This document shows positions 18,168 to 24,875 of a stretch of DNA of 24,875 nt, in pieces. The translations under genes were made by a program, and so were the position numbers. This DNA comes from Porphyridium purpureum (taxonomy: Eukaryota): contig VRMN01000010.1 of the NCBI GenBank assembly GCA_008690995.1, forward strand, positions 744,001 to 768,875, written 5' to 3'. Positions within the stretch are counted from its first letter, which is position 1; every line of letters begins with the position of its first letter. The notes under the pieces are model-generated. The model made no database searches and was not told the origin of the DNA. It saw only the letters and a list, made by a program, of their open reading frames with translations.

Positions 18168-19334
18168 ATGGAGCGCAAACCAACAAAGCCATTCGTTCGT
18201 TTTGGGCCATCGAAGAAAAGCACGCAGACGTCGGGAACCGAGAAGGAACGGAGCAAACGTGCAAATGCACTGTCGAAGGAACGTGCCGACTCTAGGCCGC
18301 CAGCGGAATCCCTTGTCGGCATTGTGAACGAAACGCAGCGCCAACAGCAGCCGCCAGACTTTGCACGCCCCAAAAGCCAGAGTCTTTCGACGGGTCGCGC
18401 ACAGTACTCTGACCGCGACATAAGCTATGAAACTGGAAAGCTGAAGAATTTGACCTTTCATGTTGCACCGGAGAGGCGGACAAGCATCACAGACATGTTG
18501 CAGATCTCAAAACGACAGACCTTGAGCGTGCCCCGTGATCAAGTTGTGCGACCGGGACATAGAGTGGCGACGGTGGAGAAGATGAGAAAGAACCCGCTCG
18601 TGTCGGAACCCGAAATTCAGGCGGTCGTCAGTGAAAAGAGAGAAAGTCGATCCTTGGTGATTATGCCTGTGTCTCCGTCAGAGGAACGGCTCTTCGACGC
18701 ATGTGCTCCGACTTGGGTTGCAAAGTCCGACGAGACGGAGGAGCGTAGCGATGGAGAAGGACCACGTAGGAGTTATCTTTCACGAGATTTCGGGTCTGGA
18801 AACCTCCGCAATCGTCATGAAAGCTGTGATCGAGTTTTGTTCGAGAGCTTGGACGGTGGTGAAGCGCGGCCTTGCAGAGACGAAGAAATACAAGCCGTCG
18901 AACTCGATGCCAACACACGCTTGGGCAAGGCAGAGATTTCGTCTTCTCGTTTAGTGTGGGGAGATGCGGGAGTATGTGATACGGACTACGACCAGTACGC
19001 CGTGGGTCAGAGAAAAAAGAGCTTGAGTCGGTCGCGTTCCCGAGAACACTCATTCTCACGCAATAAGACTGACCGAACGGACCGGCCGTATGGCGAGCGT
19101 GTGGTGACCGCATCGACGGGGCATATGTCAAGAAAGAGTTCTGTGAAGTCGACGAATTCCTTGAGAATGAATATGAAGGGCATGCTGCAGAAGAGTTGGC
19201 TTCGATCATTCAGCAAGATGACCTCAGGGATTTCGAGCGATGATGGCGACCCTGATTTGAATGTTACTGAACACGAAATTGTGGATGACGAGGCGGAGGA
19301 TCGGATCCCGCTTCTGAACCGCATTAATTTTTGA
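18168..19334 (+). CDS. Hypothetical protein, 388 aa, S/R/E-rich, probably largely disordered
   Basis: ATG-initiated 1.17-kb ORF; no recognisable domain. Confidence 0.65.
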   Translation: MERKPTKPFVRFGPSKKSTQTSGTEKERSKRANALSKERADSRPPAESLVGIVNETQRQQQPPDFARPKSQSLSTGRAQYSDRDISYETGKLKNLTFHVAPERRTSITDMLQISKRQTLSVPRDQVVRPGHRVATVEKMRKNPLVSEPEIQAVVSEKRESRSLVIMPVSPSEERLFDACAPTWVAKSDETEERSDGEGPRRSYLSRDFGSGNLRNRHESCDRVLFESLDGGEARPCRDEEIQAVELDANTRLGKAEISSSRLVWGDAGVCDTDYDQYAVGQRKKSLSRSRSREHSFSRNKTDRTDRPYGERVVTASTGHMSRKSSVKSTNSLRMNMKGMLQKSWLRSFSKMTSGISSDDGDPDLNVTEHEIVDDEAEDRIPLLNRINF

Positions 19335-19534
19335 TAACTGCTTTAATTATAGATGGACGAAGGAAGACCTTACCCTGTAAGAGCACCGCCTACATCATGT
19401 GCTTGAGATGATCAGCCGCACACGATCCGGCGGAGTAGAAGCGTACGATTGCGAAATCGCACATTTTTTGGCCACGTATCTTTTCTTCGAGGGCTTGGGC
19501 ACCCAGAACTACTTAAACGCGAAAGCTTTCTAAT

Positions 19535-20349
19535 CTACTCGTCGTCATCGCCGAGTAAGCGATCAAGAGCGCTGAAATCCACGCCACCGCTAGGGGAAGC
19601 ACCAGGAGGCTCAGAGGGACCACTTTTTTTCTCTTTCGGGGACTCCCCAGCGTCATCACTTTCAATGGAGGAAAACTGCTCTTCAAGTCGCTTTCGCTGT
19701 TCAGCCTTCTTTTTGAGCTTCTCCTCTTCGTCCATACGATTGGCTGTGGTGTCAATGAAGCGACCCGTGATGCGCAATTCTTCTTCACGCTCTTTTTCCT
19801 CTTGAGAAGCGGCAAAGGTATCCCAAATCTTGCCCGTTCCACCCATCACCGTCATGCCGCCGGCCACGAACACTGCAAGGCCTGTCAGTCGAGCGGACCT
19901 CATCCAGGTTGAGTCCATCTCCATGTCCTCGAGGTGAAGAATCTCTTCCTCTGCTTCTGAATACTTTAGCAGTTTCTTGGACTTGATGAAGCGCTCGCCG
20001 ATGAATTCTTCTTTGTTGATGCCGAGCTGCTCGATGGGAACGCTAAACGCAACTTGGCCCTGGCGACGCTCGAGGGCGCGAGCCGCCCTGGCGGCGCCGC
20101 CGCTGACGACGCCGTGGATGCGCCGGCACCAAGGTGTAATCATGACGGCGGCCAGCGCGAGCGCAGCCTTGAGCGCGTTTCGCAGTGCGCGCTTGCCGGA
20201 TGATGGTTTGCGGCTCTTCGCCGGGTGCGTCCTCCACGCGACCGCGACTGCTTCCCCGGGGGCTGCGAGGCGCACATGAGCGGAGGCTTGGCCGCGCGAG
20301 ATGTGCGCGCGGGCGTGCCATAACTGCTTCCACAAACGAACGCGTGCAT
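19535..20349 (-). CDS. Hypothetical membrane protein, probably plastid-targeted; 5' end ambiguous (apparent frame break near 20215-20270)
   Basis: The main frame has hydrophobic segments (ALKAALALAAVMI; LTGLAVFVAGGMTVMGG) and an acidic/charged C-terminus. Its first in-frame ATG is at 20143, but an out-of-frame ATG at 20349 encodes a typical transit-peptide start MHAFVCGSS...PLMCAS. Confidence 0.6.
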
Positions 20350-20445
20350 GATGCTCTTTGAACGCAAATGGGGCGTGCCTGTGCTCCCGCTTCCCACGGC
20401 GGCCGCCACGCAGCGAGCCGAGCGCGATCTCTCGCAAGGCCAATA

Positions 20446-20473
20446 ACTGTACACTATGTCCCCAAAGCTGTAC
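20446..20473 (-). promoter_or_regulatory. Two GTACAG motifs upstream of the ATG at 20349
   Basis: ACTGTAC at 20446 and CTGTAC at 20468 on +. Confidence 0.4.
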
Positions 20474-20578
20474 CCCCGTTTTCGGAAGGGGGGCATTCTG
20501 ACTGGTTTACTGCGGAATTGAAGGACGCGTGCAGCGCAGGAGGCGTCCGACGCGTGGACAGGCGCAGCTCCCGCGCTT

Positions 20579-22468
20579 TCAGACAAGCCCGCGGACCTCC
20601 AGAATGCTGACGCGGCGCTGGATTGAGTCCAGCATCGCGGCATCCTCGGAGGCCGCCAACGCCTCGGCAGTCGGCGACTTGACAATGGGGAACAAGTTCA
20701 AATCACGGAATCGCGCGATGTCTGCCGGTTCGTACACGCCGTTGACAATCAAGTCCACGACCTTCAGGAGCGGAAAGTCAGCCTCCCAGCCTTTGATCTT
20801 TAAGCACGACTGCACCTCGTGGCTCGTCAGCGTCCCTTGCAGTTTCTGACCGTGCAACAGCTCGGCTTCCAATGTATCGAACGAATCAGAGCCTCCACGC
20901 TTTGCGAATTCCATCGCGACCTTGTGATTTCGGCCTCCGGAGCACGTGGCAATCAAGTCGGCGACTCCACAAGCTTCGAAGAAGGTGGATTCCCGTACAG
21001 ACGGATACAGGCGAATTGACAGCTCGCGCATTTCTTTCAGTCCCTCCCTGAGAATGACGGCCTTGCAGTTATCGAGATACCCAGAGCCGTCAGCAAAGCC
21101 GGCCGCCAAAGCTACTACATTCTTCAGCGTGCCACTCATTTCGGCACCTTCAACGTCTGAAATGATGTCAATGTAGAAATACTCCGTGTGGAAGAGCAAT
21201 TTGAGCAAACGCGCGTGCTCAACATTCTTCGACGCAATGGTAGCTTCACACAAAGATCCCGGTCCAATTTGATTGGCAATATTTGCTCCCATCAGCACTG
21301 AGCAGTCGACCATCAGTGTGCGCTGAATCATGGTCGAAATCAATTGCGGACCGTCAGTCCGCACTCTCATTCCCTTGATGAGCGAAATAGCAAAGCAGCC
21401 CGGTTTGACATGGCTCTTAATTTGCAGGCACAGCCGGTGCACGAATTGATGTGGCGTGCAAAAAATAAGGATATCTGCGTCCTGTACTACAGACACGATA
21501 TCCGAGCAAGCCTCGACATTGTCCCCAAAATGACAGCCCGGGAGGTATTTCGGATTCTCGTGAGTCCGGTTGATAAGCTCTGTCAGCTTTTCACCATTGT
21601 GCTCTTCTTCAAACACCCACATCTTCACCTTTGGATAGAAAATGCGCCTGCTCCGTGCATTTTCAGCCACCATGCGCATGCTTGCACACGCCCATGCCCC
21701 GCTGCCGATCATGGCAACCTTGAGACGAGGAAGAGCTTCCGCAAGTACGGCATGATCATCGACAAACCAATCCGCTTCCTTCATGACTGCTTCGCGCTGA
21801 ACCACGCCTCCATACCCAATAAAAAGATCTGCACCACCGGTTTCCTGCCCAGCTTCGAGGTCGGTGATGCCATCCCCAACCATAACGATGGTATTATACG
21901 GGCGTTTCTCTCGTATGCGGCGAATGGCCTCGGGCTTGCCACCACCACGAGACGTCGGCTCCTTTGGGTCAAACGTCGTGACGCGCAAACTTTGGCTGCT
22001 GACCTGATCCTCCTCGGCGTTGTCGTCGGCCATGTACACGAAGCGGTTCGCAAATATGTTGGACTTTGGGACGCCCAGCGCCTTTGCGACTGGCAAAATG
22101 AGCTCACGAAATCCGCCGGAAATGAGAAACACCTCGACATTGCGCGCCTGGAGCTCCTCAATCAGCGTGCGAATGTTCGGCACGAGGCGCTTTTCGACGG
22201 GATGAGAGTTAACGAAAGCCTGGATCTTCTGAGTCGTCAGGTTCATGGCGTCGAGCCTCTGCTGCAGCGCGGTCTCGAGATCCAGGTGGCCATCCATTGC
22301 GGCGTTTGTGATCTTCTGGATCTGCTCGCCGACGCCCAGAAACTCGCCCAGCGCGTCGAGGCTATCGTTGATCGTGATGGTGCAATCGATGTCGAAGGCG
22401 ACGCACTCTGCGTTGCGCCATAGCTGCAGCACCTCCGGCGACGCGTCGCGCCGCACCATGCCCTCCAT
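20579..22468 (-). CDS. Bidomain phosphoserine-phosphatase-like HAD phosphatase / NAD-dependent glycerol-3-phosphate dehydrogenase (PSP-GPDH), 629 aa
   Basis: HAD motifs FDIDCT (DxDxT), ISGG, GGKP, GDGITD in the N-terminal ~245 aa. GPDH motifs GSGAWA, ENPKYLPG, SLIKG, MGANIA, GTLKNVVA, DLIATCSGGRN, GQKLQG in the C-terminal part. Single continuous frame. Confidence 0.93.
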   Translation of the reverse strand: MEGMVRRDASPEVLQLWRNAECVAFDIDCTITINDSLDALGEFLGVGEQIQKITNAAMDGHLDLETALQQRLDAMNLTTQKIQAFVNSHPVEKRLVPNIRTLIEELQARNVEVFLISGGFRELILPVAKALGVPKSNIFANRFVYMADDNAEEDQVSSQSLRVTTFDPKEPTSRGGGKPEAIRRIREKRPYNTIVMVGDGITDLEAGQETGGADLFIGYGGVVQREAVMKEADWFVDDHAVLAEALPRLKVAMIGSGAWACASMRMVAENARSRRIFYPKVKMWVFEEEHNGEKLTELINRTHENPKYLPGCHFGDNVEACSDIVSVVQDADILIFCTPHQFVHRLCLQIKSHVKPGCFAISLIKGMRVRTDGPQLISTMIQRTLMVDCSVLMGANIANQIGPGSLCEATIASKNVEHARLLKLLFHTEYFYIDIISDVEGAEMSGTLKNVVALAAGFADGSGYLDNCKAVILREGLKEMRELSIRLYPSVRESTFFEACGVADLIATCSGGRNHKVAMEFAKRGGSDSFDTLEAELLHGQKLQGTLTSHEVQSCLKIKGWEADFPLLKVVDLIVNGVYEPADIARFRDLNLFPIVKSPTAEALAASEDAAMLDSIQRRVSILEVRGLV

Positions 22469-22600
22469 CCCGCCTTTCTGCCACTGCCGTATCGCGTCCC
22501 TTCCCCTGCCCGCGCCTCAGCCCTGAGGCTGTACTTTCACCAACGCTGCGCAATGCGCTCACCGGACTCCCAACTGACATTGAGCTGCGCGCGCCTTCCG

Positions 22601-22745
22601 GCACCGCACAAACACTGTACCCCGCACCGCATCCGCACTGTACCTCAGTACCGCATCCGCATTCGTACCTCGCACCGCATCCGTATTCGTACCCCCGCAC
22701 CGTATCCGCACTGTACCCGCAACTCTATCCGCAATCTGTACCTCC
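22601..22745. repeat. Minisatellite, ~6 degenerate copies of a 22-27 bp unit (consensus GCACCGCATCCGCACTGTACCYC)
   Basis: Units start at about 22601, 22624, 22648, 22672, 22697 and 22719; each contains GTAC. Confidence 0.85.
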
Positions 22746-22762
22746 GCCGCGCTGCATCACAG

Positions 22763-22771
22763 AAACCCTAA
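22763..22771 (+). promoter_or_regulatory. Telo-box-like motif AAACCCTAA in a divergent promoter
   Basis: Exact match to the plant telo-box, between two divergent genes. A single 9-mer could be chance. Confidence 0.35.
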
Positions 22772-22813
22772 TCGGCGGTTGGGGAGGTACAGCGCACCTT
22801 CGTACCTCGAGCA

Positions 22814-24875
22814 ATGGAGGCGCGACTGGCGCGCAGCCGCGTTGCGCGTGCTGCGGGCGCGAGTGGGCGATTCGCGGCTGCCCTCGCGCAATGGTTGGTG
22901 CATCGTAGTGGCGCGACTCGACGTCAACGTGCTGCCAGGGATCGGCGCCCCGCGGTGGACGTGGCTGGGCATCGGCCAGGACGCTCTGGACGCCGCGCTG
23001 CACGCCTCGAGCAGCGCGAAAGGCAAAGGAAAGGACAAGGACACATCAGCTCGCGCGGCGCTGAGCGCCGTTTGCGAGGGTTCGGGAGAAGAGCTGCTCA
23101 TCAGGCATGTGCCAGATGCTCATCAGTACGCGCTTCGTGTTCCGGCGGGCTCGCACTGCGTTCGAATCTCCCGAGCAGCACACGCGGAAACCATGCTCGA
23201 CCGAATTGTACAGGAGGAGCCCACGCGAGATGGTCGGGGGTTTATTGTCCATAATGGTGTTCTCGCGGTGCAATTTGGTAACGATAGTGGGCTTGAAGCC
23301 GTCTTTCTGCCCGGCGACTGGGAAGATAACTCGCTTCAGCCAAACCAGCGAAAGCGGTATGTGTCAGATATTAGCGGCGAGATCCACGTCGCCATGCAAA
23401 AAGAAGTCGCCGATTTTCAGGGAAGTTGCAGAAGCGGGTCTGCGGCGGTAATTCAAACAAAGCAGTGGCGTGTGAGCGGCATTCAGACAAGCCACGAAAC
23501 GGAATGTACAACTGTAATTATTACGCGCGAGGCGCCCTCTAACGTTGCGCCGTTCCTCGCGCACATTGTACTTCAGGAGCATGTCGTGATTCCCATGGCC
23601 GGCACCGCTCTCCAGTATAAGATTTGCGTCCGAAACGAAGCGCCCTCGCGCGCTCCAACAAGCGTGTTCGCCTTGACAGCATACGGCTTTGTCAGACCAG
23701 AGCGACAGCTTTTTGGCAAGACTAAGCAGCACTGGGTGCTTGATGTTGAGAGGCCCAACGGCACCCGTTGTGCGCTAGTGAAGGACAAGGTTCCGATCAA
23801 ATACTCAGAGGGGCGCGGCCAAATGCTGCTCCACGGAGAGGACGAGTACAAATGCCCAGCGCTCGGCGTATGCTCATTACGCTTTCATTGCGGCCCACAG
23901 CACAGAAACTTCTACACGACTGAGATGGAAAGATGGCATCTGATTAACAACGCGCTTCGCATGTCGCTCGTAGATCTGATGTCGGGATCTTTACCCACTG
24001 TCATCCGTACCGGTGGGGAATCCAGCATATTCGGATTTTGGGTTGCATGCTATTCCGCAGGCGTGGACGCTTTTCACACTCATCAGCACGCCTTCTTGAC
24101 ATCATTGAGACGACCAGCACTTCCTCTATCCGCGGCCCCGCTGTTATGGACCTTTCCCAGCCCTCAAGCAGCCTGGATCAACCAGGCACAGGTCTTGCAA
24201 GCAATATGGACTCGATCGATTACAAATGCGCATTGCTTAATGTTGCCCTGTAACGACGACGCTCGGATAGTGCGAATCGACGACGAGTTGAGTATTTATG
24301 GAAGGAGCTGTGCCTCTTTGCACGTGCCGCTAAGCTGCAACTTTCAGAGGAGCCCCGAGCTGAGATTGAACTTCTCCAAAGCTCCCGGGGTGAGTGCTGG
24401 GCTTTTCATTTCAAAGATAGGATCAGATCCCGGCTCGAGGATATGTCTGGCGGAGTTCAGCGGCAATGACAGCGCTAGCGATGGCGTGATTGAGATCTGT
24501 CTATCAACAAAAACAGGATGGTATGCAGGAAGCGATACGCGCAAGCCGTTTCCGAAAAAGAACGGAACTAAAGAAATGAGGCAGGTTCACGCAAATCATG
24601 CTTTCGCATTGACTTTTCGCGCAGACGCAAGCGCAAGTTTAGAGTCCGAGTGCGAGCTGGCGACGATTCATCAGCTCGTCGTCGGCCCTCCGAAGCTCGA
24701 TGCGCCGCGCTTGGTGACCCCCGTAAATGACGCGAATGTAACCGACGTCGCCGTGAGCTATGAAATCCAGAATCAGACGGCAGTCGGTCATTTCGTGATT
24801 CGCGTGCAAGTATTCAAGGATTCAAGTCTCACATTCACTCCTGAAGACGTAGTTTATCAGCTTGCCAACCGCAGA
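22814..24875 (+). CDS. Large hypothetical protein, incomplete at the window end; start uncertain
   Basis: Manual translation of the frame with codons starting at 22815 has no stop through 24875 (>680 codons). It is absent from the ORF track, presumably because it lacks a stop. First in-frame ATG is at 23193; an out-of-frame ATG is at 22814. Beta-rich; the end (APRLVTPVNDANV..Y......IRVQVFKDSSL) resembles an Ig/FN3-like module. Confidence 0.75.

Noticed and set aside
17519..18270. ORFs 17519..18124 (+, 201 aa) and 17755..18270 (-, 171 aa)
   Set aside because: No recognisable motifs; the first starts at TTG and the second overlaps the 18168 gene on the opposite strand.
21344..22423. 359-aa plus-strand ORF
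   Set aside because: Antisense shadow of PSP-GPDH.
22601..22745. Repeat as a CRISPR array, or as a coding repeat (YGCGARYECGCG in ORF 22362..22700)
   Set aside because: No spacers or cas genes in a eukaryotic context; unit lengths vary by non-multiples of three, arguing against coding constraint.
22601..22745. GTAC cores as copper-response elements (CRR1/SBP type)
   Set aside because: The motif precedes unrelated housekeeping genes and is strand-oriented through its flanks; SBP-domain factors are a green-lineage family and nothing here links to copper.

Overview
Eukaryotic, gene-dense, apparently intron-poor DNA. It is probably from a unicellular red alga (inferred from gene architecture, AF-type transit-peptide starts and GC-rich 5' regions; not verified). 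The first ~7.6 kb is a Ty1/copia cluster. It contains an intact minus-strand element (667-5637: identical 325-bp LTRs, TG...TA ends, half-tRNAiMet-type PBS, one 1425-aa gag-pol ORF). The outer end of its 3' LTR is joined precisely to an oppositely oriented identical copy (1-666), forming a >=666-bp perfect inverted repeat. A solo LTR (6531-6837) sits in what looks like a much older decayed copia pol. No LTR junction shows a target-site duplication. The rest holds host genes: mitochondrial ribosomal protein S5, a PPR protein, PEX16, an unknown Cys-motif protein, DCC1, two unknown proteins, a bidomain HAD phosphatase/glycerol-3-phosphate dehydrogenase (PSP-GPDH), and a long unlisted ORF that runs off the right edge. 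A GTACAG(T) motif recurs in sense orientation upstream of most host genes, ~28 bp downstream of a TATA-like tract in the LTR, and within a 24-bp minisatellite upstream of PSP-GPDH. It is a candidate initiator/core-promoter element.
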